The notes: generated from the sequence alone by a model not told the origin. Shown: positions 10,383 to 21,423, numbered from the stretch's first letter. The stretch: 64,000 nucleotides of DNA from Methylocystis sp. (GCF_021731785.1 NZ_JAKFWS010000004.1:9706-73705); one strand, 5' to 3'. Program-made: numbers and translations.

Positions 10383-11164
10383 ACGCCGCCGTCCATGCCC
10401 CGAAAGAGCCACCGACAAAAGTCGCGGTGCGCAGCCTTGATTTCTATTACGGCGCGGATCGTTCGCTCAAGAACGTCAGCCTGCCGCTGCACGCCAACAA
10501 GGTGACGGCGTTCATCGGTCCCTCGGGCTGCGGCAAGTCGACCTTGCTGCGCGTGTTGAACCGGATGTACGACCTCTACCCCGGACAGCGGGCGGAGGGC
10601 GAGGTGCTCCTCGACGGCGAAAACATTCTGGACCCTGCGATCGACCTCAACGCTTTGCGGTCGCGGGTCGGCATGATCTTCCAGAAGCCCACGCCTTTCC
10701 CCATGTCGATCTATGAAAACATCGCCTTCGGCATTCGGCTCTACGAGAAACTGTCGCGCGCCGATCTCGACGAGCGCGTCGAAACGGCGCTGCGCGGCGC
10801 CGCGCTTTGGGACGAGGTCAAGGATAAGCTTCAGACGAGCGGCCTCGGTCTTTCGGGCGGGCAGCAGCAGCGCCTCTGCATTGCGCGCAGCGTCGCCGTG
10901 CAGCCGGAAGTTATCCTGTTCGACGAGCCCTGTTCCGCGCTCGATCCGATCTCGACGGCGAAAGTCGAGGAGCTGATCGACGAGCTCACGAACCGCTACA
11001 CGATCGCGATCGTCACACACAATATGCAGCAGGCGGTTCGCGTCTCCGATTACACCGCCTTCATGTATCTCGGCGAACTCGTCGAGTTCGGCGAGACGGA
11101 CGACGTGTTCAACAAGCCGAAAGAGAAGCGAACGCTCGACTATATCACCGGCCGTTTCGGCTAA
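10379..11164 (+). CDS. pstB: phosphate ABC transporter ATPase PstB
   Basis: GPSGCGKS Walker [22 protein letters not shown]-terminus. Confidence 0.96.
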   Translation: MNAAVHAPKEPPTKVAVRSLDFYYGADRSLKNVSLPLHANKVTAFIGPSGCGKSTLLRVLNRMYDLYPGQRAEGEVLLDGENILDPAIDLNALRSRVGMIFQKPTPFPMSIYENIAFGIRLYEKLSRADLDERVETALRGAALWDEVKDKLQTSGLGLSGGQQQRLCIARSVAVQPEVILFDEPCSALDPISTAKVEELIDELTNRYTIAIVTHNMQQAVRVSDYTAFMYLGELVEFGETDDVFNKPKEKRTLDYITGRFG

Positions 11165-11186
11165 CAGCTATTCAAGGACGGCGCTC

Positions 11187-11903
11187 ATGAGCGATCACAT
11201 TGTCAAATCCTACGACCGGGACCTTGAATCTCTCGGACGCCGCATCGCCGAAATGGGCGGCGTCGCCGAAAAAATGCTGGCGGAGGCGATGGACGCCCTG
11301 TCGAGCTTCGACGTCGACCTTGCCCACCGCGTCGTCTCCAGCGATCCGCGGCTCGACGCGCTGCAACGTGAAATCGAGGAGAACGCCATTCTCACCATTG
11401 CGCGCAGACAGCCGCTCGCCGTCGATCTGCGCGAATGCATCGCCGCGATCCGCATCTCCGGCGATATCGAGCGCGTCGGCGATCTCGCAAAGAACATCGC
11501 CAAGCGAACGCTCAAGATCGTGTCGGAAGCCCGCGTCCCGCGCGCCATCGTCGGGCTCAAGTCGATGCATGAAGTCGCCGCGATGCAACTTAAGGACGCG
11601 CTCGACGCTTACGCCTTGCGCGATACCGAGCGCGCCCACGCGGTGTGGCAGAATGATTCCGATCTCGACGCGCTGGAGGATTCCGTCTTTCGCGATCTTC
11701 TCACTTTCATGATGGAGGATCCGCGCAACATCTCCTTCTGCACGCATCTCCTGTTCTGCTCGAAGAATCTGGAGCGGATCGGCGATCACACGACCAACAT
11801 TTCGGAAACGGTCATTTATCTCGTCACGGGCGAGGCGATGCCCATCGAGCGGCCGAAGTCGCGCGCTCCCGACTTCGGCGTGAAGGATGAGGCGGCGCAA
11901 TGA
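11187..11903 (+). CDS. phoU: phosphate signalling protein PhoU
   Basis: ARRQPLAVDLR, DIERVGDLAKNIA, LERIGDHTTNI. Confidence 0.95.
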   Translation: MSDHIVKSYDRDLESLGRRIAEMGGVAEKMLAEAMDALSSFDVDLAHRVVSSDPRLDALQREIEENAILTIARRQPLAVDLRECIAAIRISGDIERVGDLAKNIAKRTLKIVSEARVPRAIVGLKSMHEVAAMQLKDALDAYALRDTERAHAVWQNDSDLDALEDSVFRDLLTFMMEDPRNISFCTHLLFCSKNLERIGDHTTNISETVIYLVTGEAMPIERPKSRAPDFGVKDEAAQ

Positions 11904-12643
11904 ACGAGGTGACTGCCGTCGTACAGCGCAGCGTGAAAAGCGATCGCGCCCCGCGAATCCTCGTCGTCGAGGACGAAACGTCGCTCGCGACGCTGCTCGT
12001 CTATAATCTCGAAGCCGAGGGCTATCAGGTCGAGCATGTCGACAACGGCGACGAAGCCGAGCTGCGGCTCGCGGAGTCGCCGCCCGATCTCGTCATTCTC
12101 GACTGGATGCTGCCGGGCGTTTCCGGGCTTGAAATCTGCCGCCGCCTGCGCGCGCGCGACAGCGCCAAGGACATGCCGGTGATCATGCTGACCGCGCGCG
12201 GCGAGGAAGGCGAGCGCGTGCGCGGCCTTTCGGTCGGCGCCGACGATTATGTCGTCAAGCCGTTTTCGACGCCTGAGCTGATGGCGCGGGTGCGCGCGCT
12301 GCTGCGGCGGGCGCGGCCCGAGCGCGTCGCCTCGCGGCTGACCCTCGGCGACATCGATCTCGACCGCGACACCCGTCGCGTGCGGCGCTCAGGCCGCGAA
12401 ATTCACCTTGGTCCGACGGAGTTCCGGCTGCTCGAATATTTCATGGAGAAGCCGGGACGCGTGTTCACGCGCGCGCAACTGCTCGACAGCGTCTGGGGCA
12501 TGTCGGCGGAAATCGACGAGCGCACCGTGGACGTCCATGTCGGACGGCTGCGCAAGGCCATGATCCGCGGCCGCGAGAAGGATCCGATCCGCACGGTGCG
12601 CGGAGCCGGCTATTCCTTCGACGAGACTTTCGGTCACGAATGA
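11900..12643 (+). CDS. phoB: phosphate regulon response regulator PhoB
   Basis: Receiver domain (LDWMLP, DDYVVKPFS) plus OmpR winged helix (ERTVDVHVGRLR, IRTVRGAGY). Confidence 0.95.
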   Translation: MNEVTAVVQRSVKSDRAPRILVVEDETSLATLLVYNLEAEGYQVEHVDNGDEAELRLAESPPDLVILDWMLPGVSGLEICRRLRARDSAKDMPVIMLTARGEEGERVRGLSVGADDYVVKPFSTPELMARVRALLRRARPERVASRLTLGDIDLDRDTRRVRRSGREIHLGPTEFRLLEYFMEKPGRVFTRAQLLDSVWGMSAEIDERTVDVHVGRLRKAMIRGREKDPIRTVRGAGYSFDETFGHE

Positions 12644-12655
12644 CCGCGTCACAGC

Positions 12656-13168
12656 CTACGCGTAGCGCTGCGCCCTGAACTGATCGCGCGCGCGGCGGCG
12701 ATCCTGGGCCGGCTGATAGGCGACGCGCGCATGATAGGCGCAATACGGCCCGCCGCCGACGGTTGACTTGCCGCCGCAGAAGCGGAATTCCGCAGATGTC
12801 GGATCGCCCATCGGCCAGCGGCACATGGATTCGCGCAGCTCCATGAGCGTGACGCGTTCCGACATCGGAATCACCACTTCTTCTTCCGGCGCATGGCGCG
12901 GCGCCGCATGCGGCGCGAAGGCGAGAGCGAGATTGCCATGCGAGGCGGCGCCGTTCATGCGCGGCGGCGCCGGGCGAGGAGCCTTGGCGACCCGCGGTCG
13001 CTGTGCGCTGATCGTTTTGGCGCGCTCGGCGAGCCCGAGCCGGTGAATTTTGCCAATGACGGCGTTGCGCGTGATGCCCGGTCCGAGTTCGGCCGCCACT
13101 TGGCTGGCGCTCAGCCCCTCGCTCCACAGCTTGCGGAGCAGTTCGACGCGTTCGTCGGTCCATGACAT
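12656..13168 (-). CDS. gcrA: cell-cycle regulator GcrA
   Basis: MSWTDERVELLRKLWSEGLSASQVA...TRNAVIGKIHRLGL; C-terminal CRWPMGDP...FCG...YCAYH. Start at ATG 13168. Confidence 0.93.
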   Translation of the reverse strand: MSWTDERVELLRKLWSEGLSASQVAAELGPGITRNAVIGKIHRLGLAERAKTISAQRPRVAKAPRPAPPRMNGAASHGNLALAFAPHAAPRHAPEEEVVIPMSERVTLMELRESMCRWPMGDPTSAEFRFCGGKSTVGGGPYCAYHARVAYQPAQDRRRARDQFRAQRYA

Positions 13169-13453
13169 TAGGCTTCTCCATTCTTTCGGGTCGAGCGCGG
13201 ATCGGAGTCTGCCTCCGACCGCAGCGCAGGCCTGAAGCCCAGCGGCGATGTGACGCGCATCAACACTCGAGAGAACGCGCCCGAACAAACGATGCGGGCG
13301 CCCACTAGAAACTTACTGTTTACTTTGAATCACGCGCGAGTCGCGCTGGCAAGCGCGCGCTGGCGTTCTCAACAGCCTTTCACGGAGAGTGTTGCTCGAA
13401 GGACTCACCCTTGCGCGGCGGCCCGACGCCAATGATCCTGCGGCATCATGGAT

Positions 13454-13482
13454 TTGACCGCGTAGGGCGGCGCGCTTAAAAT
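13454..13482 (+). promoter_or_regulatory. sigma70-type promoter of argD
   Basis: TTGACC-N17-TAAAAT about 90 nt upstream of the argD start. Confidence 0.65.
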
Positions 13483-13494
13483 CCCCATCGAACT

Positions 13495-13526
13495 GCCGCC
13501 CTCAAAAGGGCGGCGCTTTGTTTTTC
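13495..13526 (+). terminator. terminator-like hairpin in the argD 5' leader
   Basis: GCCGCCCT-caaa-AGGGCGGC followed by GCTTTGTTTTTC. Confidence 0.45.
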
Positions 13527-13572
13527 GAGCTCCTCTGGCCAAATCCAGTGACGGGAGCATGGAGCAGGGCTT

Positions 13573-14769
13573 TTGACGTCAGCGCTTTATCCGACCTATC
13601 CGCGGGCCGATCTCGCGTTCAAACATGGAGAAGGCGCGTGGTTGATCGCGGACAACGGCGATCGCTATCTCGACTTCAGCGCAGGCGTCGCCGTGCTGTC
13701 GCTCGGCCACAATCATCCGCATCTTGTCGAGACGTTGAAGCGCGCCGCTGACGCGCCCTGGCATGTCTCCAATTTGTTCCGCATCCCTCTAGCCGAGCGC
13801 CTCGCCGAGCGGCTCTGCGACGTGACATTCGCCGAACTGGTCTTTTTCACCAATTCCGGCGCGGAGGCGGTGGAATGCGCAATCAAGACCGTGCGCAAGT
13901 TCCACGCAGTGAATGGGCAGCCGGAGCGCTATCGGCTGATCACCTTCGAAGGCGCCTTCCACGGCCGCACGCTCGCGACCATCGCCGCCGGCGGCAACGC
14001 AAAATATCTTGACGGCTTCGGACCACCCGTCGAGGGCTTCGATCAGGTTCCCTTTGGGGACTACGACGCCGTCGAGGCGGCGATCACGCAAGAAACGGCG
14101 GGCGTGCTGCTCGAACCGATTCAGGGAGAAGGCGGCCTGCGCGTTTTTTCGCCGTTGTTCCTCGCGCGGTTGCGCGCGCTCTGTGACGCCCGCGGCCTGT
14201 TGCTCCTGTTTGACGAAGTGCAGTGCGGCGTCGGCCGCACCGGCAAATTTCTCGCCTGCGAACACGCCGGCGTCGCGCCCGACATCGCGGCGCTCGCCAA
14301 GGGGCTTGGCGGCGGCTTTCCGCTCGGCGCCTGTCTGGCGACGCGCGAGGCCGCCAAAGGCATGACGCTTGGCGCGCATGGCTCGACATTCGGCGGCAAC
14401 CCGCTGGCGACGGCGGTGGGCGGCGCGGTTCTCGACGTCGTGCTCGCCGACGGCTTCATGGCGCGCGTCGCGCGTCTCGGCGCGCTGCTGCGCCAGCGGC
14501 TGGCGGAACTCGAGGATCGCTATCCGTCGCTGATCGAAGAGATTCGCGGCGAAGGACTGATGTTCGGCCTTAAGACGAAAATTCCCAATGCCGACTTCGC
14601 CTCCGCCGCCCGCACCGAAGGCCTGTTGACGGTGCTGGCCGGGGACAATGTCGTGCGGCTGGTGCCGCCGCTCGTCGTCGACGAGAGCGACATCGCGGCT
14701 GCGGCGTCGTGCCTCGCCGCCGCATGCGCCCGGATCGCCGCGCCCGCCGAAAAGCTCGGAGTCGCGTGA
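13573..14769 (+). CDS. argD: acetylornithine aminotransferase
   Basis: [35 protein letters not shown]; TTG start. Confidence 0.94.
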   Translation: MTSALYPTYPRADLAFKHGEGAWLIADNGDRYLDFSAGVAVLSLGHNHPHLVETLKRAADAPWHVSNLFRIPLAERLAERLCDVTFAELVFFTNSGAEAVECAIKTVRKFHAVNGQPERYRLITFEGAFHGRTLATIAAGGNAKYLDGFGPPVEGFDQVPFGDYDAVEAAITQETAGVLLEPIQGEGGLRVFSPLFLARLRALCDARGLLLLFDEVQCGVGRTGKFLACEHAGVAPDIAALAKGLGGGFPLGACLATREAAKGMTLGAHGSTFGGNPLATAVGGAVLDVVLADGFMARVARLGALLRQRLAELEDRYPSLIEEIRGEGLMFGLKTKIPNADFASAARTEGLLTVLAGDNVVRLVPPLVVDESDIAAAASCLAAACARIAAPAEKLGVA

Positions 14770-15713
14770 TGACCGCCCATTCGCTGACGCGGCCGCGCAG
14801 CTTTCTCGATCTTTCCGATCACTCCGGCGAAGAGCTGCGCCGCATTCTCGATCTCGCCAAATCGCTCAAGGCGCGCCGCGTGAAAGGCGTGGAGCCGACC
14901 GACCGGCCGCTCGCCGGCAAATATCTCGGCATGGTGTTCGACAAGCCGTCGACCCGCACGCGCGTCTCCTTCGATATCGCGATGCGTGAACTCGGCGGCG
15001 AGACGATTATGCTGACCGGCGCCGAAATGCAGTTGGGCCGAGGCGAGACCATCGCCGATACAGCGCGCGTTCTGGCGCGGTTTCTCGACGCCGTGATGGT
15101 GCGCATTCTCTCCCATCCCGATCTCATGGAGCTGGCGCGCTACGGCAATCTGCCGGTCATCAACGGGCTGACTAAACAGTCGCATCCCTGTCAGGTCATG
15201 GCCGACGTCATGACCTTCGAGGAGCATCTGGGTCCGATCGAAGGGCGCACGGTCGCCTGGAGCGGCGACGCCAACAATGTGCTGACAAGCTGGGTGCATG
15301 CGGCCGGCCGGCTGGGCTTCGCCATCAATGTCGCGACGCCGAAAGATTTTGCGCCGTCGGAAGAACTCGTCGCCTGGGCGAAAGCCAATGGCGCGAAGAT
15401 CAATCTGACGAGCGACGCGTATGAAGCGGTCGCGGGCGCCGACGCTGTGATCACCGATTGCTGGGTATCGATGGGCGACGCCGACGAGGATCAACGCCGC
15501 GCCGCGCTCGCGCCCTATCAGGTCGACGCGAAACTGATGCGCGCGGCGGCGAAGCATGCGCTGTTCATGCACTGCCTGCCGGCGCATCGCGGCGAGGAAG
15601 TCGCCGCGGAGGTGATCGACGGACCGCAGTCGGTCGTCTTCGACGAAGCGGAGAACCGCCTCCACGCCCAGAAGGGGGTGCTGTGCTGGTGTCTCGCGCC
15701 GGGGCAGGTCTGA
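14769..15713 (+). CDS. argF: ornithine carbamoyltransferase
   Basis: [32 protein letters not shown]; TGATG overlap with argD. Confidence 0.96.
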   Translation: MTAHSLTRPRSFLDLSDHSGEELRRILDLAKSLKARRVKGVEPTDRPLAGKYLGMVFDKPSTRTRVSFDIAMRELGGETIMLTGAEMQLGRGETIADTARVLARFLDAVMVRILSHPDLMELARYGNLPVINGLTKQSHPCQVMADVMTFEEHLGPIEGRTVAWSGDANNVLTSWVHAAGRLGFAINVATPKDFAPSEELVAWAKANGAKINLTSDAYEAVAGADAVITDCWVSMGDADEDQRRAALAPYQVDAKLMRAAAKHALFMHCLPAHRGEEVAAEVIDGPQSVVFDEAENRLHAQKGVLCWCLAPGQV

Positions 15714-16684
15714 TGCCGCAAGGCGGCGACCCGGCGCCGAGCCGGCCAGTTGCGCTTCATTCCCAGGACGACCGGGTCTTGCCCTTCGCGGTCGAAGCGC
15801 TCGATCTGCGCGGCCGAATCGTGCGCCTCGGTCCCACGGTCGATTCGATCCTCAATCATTACGCCTATCCGCCGCAGGTCGCCCGCCTGCTCGGCGAGGC
15901 GGTGGCGCTTGCCGCGCTGCTCGGCTCGATTCTCGAATCGCATGGCCGCTTTCAGCTGCAGACGCGCAGCGATGGCCCCGTCGACATGCTCGTCGTCGAC
16001 TATGACGCGCCGGGAAAGCTGCGGGGCTTCGCCCGTTTCGACGCCGAGCGGGTCGCCGAAATCCGCGACGCTGCGCCGGCCGCGCTGTTTGGGCGCGGTC
16101 ATCTGGCGCTGACCATCGAGCGCGAGGAAGACGCGGCGCGCTATCAAGGCGTCGTGCCGCTCGAGGGCGAGAGCCTCGCCGAGGCGGCGCATCTCTATTT
16201 TCAGCAGTCGGAGCAAATTCCGTCTTTCGTCAGACTGGCTGTTGCGGAAAGCCTTACCCCGCAGGGTCATAGCTGGCGCGCCGGCGGACTGCTCCTGCAA
16301 TATCTGCCGCCCGGCGGCGCGCGCGCCCGCGATCTTCCGCCCGGCGACGCGCCCGAGGGCGAGGATGATCTGTCGGAAGACGACAATGATCATTGGACCG
16401 AGGGCCAGGCGCTGGCCGCGACTCTCGAAGACCACGAACTCGTCGATCCGGCGCTGTCGGGCGAGCGATTGCTTTATCGCCTGTTCCATGAGCGCGGCGT
16501 CAAAGTCTTCTCCGAACGCGCGCTCGAGGAATTCTGCCGCTGTTCGCATGAGCGCATCGACAGATTGTTGAAGAGCTTCTCGCCGCAAGAGCGCGCCGAC
16601 ATGATCGGCGACGACGGCCGCATCGGCGTCACCTGCGAATTCTGCGGCGCGCAGCGCAGCTTCGATCCCGCCGATTACGATTGA
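15713..16684 (+). CDS. hslO: Hsp33 redox-regulated chaperone
   Basis: LRGRIVRLG, YFQQSEQIPS, CRCS and CEFC zinc ligands; TGATG overlap with argF. Confidence 0.93.
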   Translation: MPQGGDPAPSRPVALHSQDDRVLPFAVEALDLRGRIVRLGPTVDSILNHYAYPPQVARLLGEAVALAALLGSILESHGRFQLQTRSDGPVDMLVVDYDAPGKLRGFARFDAERVAEIRDAAPAALFGRGHLALTIEREEDAARYQGVVPLEGESLAEAAHLYFQQSEQIPSFVRLAVAESLTPQGHSWRAGGLLLQYLPPGGARARDLPPGDAPEGEDDLSEDDNDHWTEGQALAATLEDHELVDPALSGERLLYRLFHERGVKVFSERALEEFCRCSHERIDRLLKSFSPQERADMIGDDGRIGVTCEFCGAQRSFDPADYD

Positions 16685-16705
16685 CCGGGAGGCGGAAGCA
16701 AAGAC

Positions 16706-17413
16706 ATGTCCGCTGCATTCATCTTCCCGCCGCCGCTGTGGCCAAGCGTCGCTATCGCGCATGACCCACGGCGATTTCCCGTGCGCAGAATTTTCTGCAT
16801 CGCGCTGAACTATGCCGCCCACGCGCGCGAGATGGGGAAGGAGCCGGCGAAAGACGCAAGCGCAGAGCCGCCCGTGTTCTTCACCAAGCCCGCCGACGCC
16901 GTCGTCGAGAGCGGCGCGACGATTCCCTATCCGACGCTGACGAACGACTTTCACCATGAGATCGAACTGGTTGCGGCGCTGGGCAGCGGCGGCGCGGACA
17001 TTCCTGCCGGCCAGGCGCTGAACTGCGTCTTCGGTTATGCCGCCGGAATCGACCTGACCCGGCGCGACCTGCAAGCGACGGCGCGCAACGCCGGCCGTCC
17101 CTGGGACATGTCAAAAGGCTTCGATTATTCCGCGCCGATCGGCACCATCCGTCCTGTCGCCGCGATCGGTCATCCGGCGCGCGGGCGCATCGCGCTCTCC
17201 GTCAATGGCGTCGTTCGACAGGCCGGCGATCTTAGCGATCTCATTTGGAGCGTTGCCGACATCATCGCGGCGCTGTCGCGCAATGTCGCGCTCGCGCCTG
17301 GCGATCTCATCTTCACCGGCACGCCTTCGGGCGTCGGGCCGCTTCTCCCTGGCGACCGGGTCGAAGGCGAGGTCGAGCATGTCGGAACAGTGGCCGTAAG
17401 CATCGGAAAATAA
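16706..17413 (+). CDS. fumarylacetoacetate hydrolase family protein
   Basis: RIFCIALNYAAH, FFTKP, HHEIEL, WDMSKGFD, GDLIFTGTPSGVG. Confidence 0.9.
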   Translation: MSAAFIFPPPLWPSVAIAHDPRRFPVRRIFCIALNYAAHAREMGKEPAKDASAEPPVFFTKPADAVVESGATIPYPTLTNDFHHEIELVAALGSGGADIPAGQALNCVFGYAAGIDLTRRDLQATARNAGRPWDMSKGFDYSAPIGTIRPVAAIGHPARGRIALSVNGVVRQAGDLSDLIWSVADIIAALSRNVALAPGDLIFTGTPSGVGPLLPGDRVEGEVEHVGTVAVSIGK

Positions 17414-17531
17414 GTCAGGTTGCGCGGGATAGGGAAACCCGGCTATTTGCAGAAGCGTGAAACGCCTTCGCGCGATCCATCGCAACCGCCGTTGCGCCTC
17501 CACTGAGCGGCCGGCGCGCGAGGCTCTGGAC

Positions 17532-19028
17532 ATGCCGGTCAATCTCGACCCCGAAGATTGGGACGAATTTCGCGCCGAGAGCCATCGCGCCCTCGATATG
17601 ATGCTCGACCATCTGCGCGACTTGCGCGAACGCCCGGTCTGGACGGAGCCCCGCGAAGCGGCGCGGACGCGCTTCAAGCGCGAGCTTCCGCAGGAGGGGC
17701 GCAATTTCTCCGCCGTCCTCGAGGATTTCGACCGCTTCATCAAACCCTTCGCGACCGGCAACACCCATCCGATGTTCATGGGCTGGGCGCAGGGCGCTGG
17801 AACGCCGGCCGGCATGATCGCGGAAATGCTCGCCGCCGGCATGAATTCCAATTGCGGCGGACGCAATCACATCGCCATCGACGTCGAGCGCCAGATCGCC
17901 GCCTGGATGGCGCAGGCCTTCGGCTTTCCGGCCGACGCGAGCGGCATTTTCGTCACCGGCACCTCGATCGCCAACTTCCTCTGCCTGCTCGTCGCGCGTG
18001 ACCAGGCCTATGGCGACAAGGACGTGCGGCTCAACGGCCTCTGCGCGCTTTCCGGCCAGCTCATCGCCTATGCGTCACGGGAGGCGCATAATTGCGTCCG
18101 CCAAGCGATGGAGCTGGCGGGGCTCGGCGCAAGGCATCTTCGCCTCATTCCCTCGGACGAGCGCCGGGCCATGAAAGTGCGCGATCTGCGCCGCGCCATC
18201 GCCGCCGACCGCGCCGCGGGCTTCAGACCGTTTCTGATCGTCGGCACGGCGGGAACCGTCGATACCGGCGCGATCGATCCGCTTGACCGGCTCGCCGACG
18301 TCGCGCACAGCGAGGACATGTGGTTCCACGTCGACGGGGCTTTCGGCGCGCTGGCCGCGCTGTCGCCGACGCTCAAGCCGATGGTCAAAGGGCTGGAGCG
18401 CGCCGACAGCGTCGCCTTCGACTTCCATAAATGGTTGCACGTCCCTTACGACGCCGGCTTCTTTCTGGTGCGTGATCCTGAGGCCCACAAGCGCGCCTTC
18501 GCCGCCAACGCCGCCTATCTGACGCGGGCGCCGCGCGGCCTTGCGGCGGGAGACGCCTGGCCCTGCGATCTCGGACCCGATCTTTCGCGCGGCTTTCGCG
18601 CGCTCAAAGCCTGGTTCACGATCGAAACCTTCGGCGCCAGGCGTCTTGGCCAATGCATCGAGCAGACCTGCCGCATGGCGAAACGTCTTGAGGCCTGGAT
18701 TGTCCAGTCGGACGCCTTCGTGCTGCGGGCGCCGGTGACGCTCAATATCGTCTGCTTCGGCGTCAAGGACGATGACGACGGTTCGCTCGCCCGCGAGATC
18801 GTCATGGAGCTGCATGAGCGCGGCGAGGCGGCGCCTTCGCTGACCATCCTCGACGGGATTCCGGCGATCCGCGCCGCGATCATCAACCATCGGACCGAAG
18901 CGCGCGACATCGACGCCTTCATCGGATTTCTCGAGGCTGCGCTTCGACGCGCCCGCAAGGAGCCGCATGACTTCGGCGCGCTTGTCGAACCGCATGGGCC
19001 AGGCAAGACCCGGCTGTCCGAGGATTGA
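17532..19028 (+). CDS. group II PLP-dependent decarboxylase (aromatic amino acid/DABA decarboxylase family)
   Basis: HPMFMGW, WFHVDGAFG, FDFHKWLHVPYDAG (PLP lysine), LSRGFRALK. Start 17532 or 17457. Confidence 0.88.
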   Translation: MPVNLDPEDWDEFRAESHRALDMMLDHLRDLRERPVWTEPREAARTRFKRELPQEGRNFSAVLEDFDRFIKPFATGNTHPMFMGWAQGAGTPAGMIAEMLAAGMNSNCGGRNHIAIDVERQIAAWMAQAFGFPADASGIFVTGTSIANFLCLLVARDQAYGDKDVRLNGLCALSGQLIAYASREAHNCVRQAMELAGLGARHLRLIPSDERRAMKVRDLRRAIAADRAAGFRPFLIVGTAGTVDTGAIDPLDRLADVAHSEDMWFHVDGAFGALAALSPTLKPMVKGLERADSVAFDFHKWLHVPYDAGFFLVRDPEAHKRAFAANAAYLTRAPRGLAAGDAWPCDLGPDLSRGFRALKAWFTIETFGARRLGQCIEQTCRMAKRLEAWIVQSDAFVLRAPVTLNIVCFGVKDDDDGSLAREIVMELHERGEAAPSLTILDGIPAIRAAIINHRTEARDIDAFIGFLEAALRRARKEPHDFGALVEPHGPGKTRLSED

Positions 19029-19096
19029 CGCCGCGCTCGTCGTAAGCCTGTCATGTTTCGCCGAGCTCTGTTTTTGAGCCGTCCCGTGAGCCAGCT

Positions 19097-20185
19097 ATGA
19101 TCCCACACCGCCTCGCACAAGCGCCGCGCGCCGACATTCCCGGGTGTCTTTGGTTCGTGCGGTTCGGCGCGAACGGCGCAGCCGAGCCGGGAACGGCCGA
19201 AGATTTCGAATCCCTCGGCGCGCCGCGCGAAGGATTCTTATGGCTGCACATGGATCTCGCCGACGTGCGCACACGACCGCTGCTCGCGCGGATTGAAGCG
19301 CTTCCCGAACACGCGCGGGATTCGCTGTGCGATCCGGTCGACCACCAGCATCTCGAATATTCGGAAGGAATCGTCAGCGGCGCGCTGCTCGATTACGAAC
19401 GCGATCTCGGCGGTCCGACGTCGCGCACCGACTATGTCCGCTTCGCCTCGGGCGCGAGCTTTTTCATCAGCGCGCGACGGCTGCCGATGGATAGCGTCGA
19501 GCAGACGCGCATCGCCGTCGATCGCGGCGCTTGCTTGACGTCGCCGATCGATCTTTTCGAAATGCTGACGGATGCGCTGATCGACGGGCTGGCGCGTAAG
19601 GCCGCCGAACTCGGCGCGGCCTTCGATCGCGTCGAGGACCGCATCATCGATCAACGCGGCCGCCAGGCGCGGCCGGCTTTGAGCGCCGCACGCCGTGACG
19701 CGGTGCGTCTGGCGCGCCAGATCAGCGGGCTTTCAGCGACGATCGCGCGGCTCGAAACGATCGAGGAGGAGCTCGGCGAGCAGCGGGACGACGATTTGCG
19801 TGAGGCTGCCGCGCGACTCGTTCAACACGCCGGCGCCCTGACCCAGGATGTGACGAGCCTTCAGGAGCGCGCCCGCCTCCTGCAGGACGAACTCAACGCC
19901 CTGCTGAGCCTCGAGACCAACGACCGGCTCTATGTGTTGACCTTGACTACGATGCTGCTGCTGCCGGCGACCTTCGTCACCGGCTATTTCGGCATGAACA
20001 CCAAGAATCTGCTGTTTTCGGAAGACGACAACGGCACGCTCTACGCGACAATTCTTTGCGTCCTTGCTTCGGCGACGGCGCTTTTTCTGATGCGTCGCTG
20101 GGGTCTCGCCGGCGCGCCCGAAAGCGAGGATCAGAAGCCGGCCGCCCGGGAGCGACGCGATCGGCCGGCGGACAGGAGTTATTGA
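19097..20185 (+). CDS. CorA/ZntB-family divalent cation transporter
   Basis: FLWLH, long helical domain, two C-terminal TMs with TGYFGMN signature. Confidence 0.88.
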   Translation: MIPHRLAQAPRADIPGCLWFVRFGANGAAEPGTAEDFESLGAPREGFLWLHMDLADVRTRPLLARIEALPEHARDSLCDPVDHQHLEYSEGIVSGALLDYERDLGGPTSRTDYVRFASGASFFISARRLPMDSVEQTRIAVDRGACLTSPIDLFEMLTDALIDGLARKAAELGAAFDRVEDRIIDQRGRQARPALSAARRDAVRLARQISGLSATIARLETIEEELGEQRDDDLREAAARLVQHAGALTQDVTSLQERARLLQDELNALLSLETNDRLYVLTLTTMLLLPATFVTGYFGMNTKNLLFSEDDNGTLYATILCVLASATALFLMRRWGLAGAPESEDQKPAARERRDRPADRSY

Positions 20186-20285
20186 CGTTAGCGGCGTGAG
20201 TTGCGGGGTTTACAGGCGTGCGCCCGCCGCCTAATTTCCGCGCCAACAGCGGCGATCCCGCCCGCCAAATGCAACTGGACAGAAC

Positions 20286-21417
20286 ATGCGCGCCGAACCG
20301 CTTGCGCTCAAAGCCGACATCGAGCAGTCCATCGGGCTGCTGAGGAGGCATCTTTGACGTCGACACGTCGCAACGGCGTCTCGCCGAACTGAACGTCCGC
20401 GCGGAAGACCCCGCGCTCTGGAACGACCCCGAAGCCGCGCAGAAGCTGATGCGCGAGCGCACCCAGCTCGAAGAGCAAATGGGCGCGCTCGGCAGCCTCG
20501 AACGCGAGCTCGATGACGCGCTGACGCTCGTCGAACTCGGCGAGTCGGAAGGCGACGCGGAAACTGAAAAAGAGGGCGTCGCAGCGCTGAAAGCCATCCT
20601 AAGGACGGCGCGCGCCCGCCAGACCGAGGCGCTGTTTTCCGGCGAGGCCGACGCCAACGACACCTTCATCGAGGTTCACTCGGGGGCCGGCGGGACGGAG
20701 AGCCAGGATTGGGCGCGCATGCTGTTTCGCATGTACGCCCGCTGGGGCGAGCGTCACAAATTCAAGGTCGAGGTGATTGAAGAGACGCCCGGCGAAGAGG
20801 CGGGAATCAAATCGGGGACGATTCTCGTCAAGGGCCATAACGCCCATGGCTGGGCGAAGACCGAATCCGGCGTGCATCGCCTCGTGCGCATCTCGCCCTT
20901 CGATTCGAACGCGCGGCGCCATACGAGCTTCGCCTCGGTCTGGGTCTATCCGGTGGTCGACGACCGGATCGAAGTGAACGTCAATGAATCCGATTGCCGT
21001 ATAGATACGTATAGATCGTCAGGCGCGGGCGGTCAGCACGTCAACACGACCGACTCGGCGATCCGCATCACCCATCTTCCGACCGGCATCGTCGTCGCTT
21101 GTCAGGCCGAGCGCTCACAGCACAAGAACCGCGCCACCGCCTGGAACATGCTGCGCGCAAGGCTGTACGAACGCGAGCTCGAAATGCGCGAAGCCGAGGC
21201 GAACAAGGTCGCGGCCTCAAAGACCGAGATCGGCTGGGGCCATCAGATCCGCAGCTATGTGCTGCAGCCCTATCAGCTGGTGAAGGATCTGCGCACCGGC
21301 TTCACCTCCGGGACGCCATCCGAGGTCCTCGATGGCGAACTCGACGACTTCATGCAGGCCTCTCTGGCGCAACGTATATACGGCGGCGGTCCGGAGGCGG
21401 TCGAGGACGCCGACTAA
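20286..21417 (+). CDS. prfB: peptide chain release factor 2 with programmed +1 frameshift
   Basis: 23-codon ORF from ATG 20286 ends AGGAGG-CAT-CTT-TGA-C (CTT 20352-54, TGA 20355-57); the +1 frame continues to 21417 with SPF and GGQ motifs. Confidence 0.95.
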
Positions 21418-21423
21418 CCCGTT

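Noticed and set aside
20286-20357. Apparent premature stop in prfB suggesting a pseudogene
   Set aside because: It is the canonical CTT-TGA-C programmed frameshift with upstream SD.
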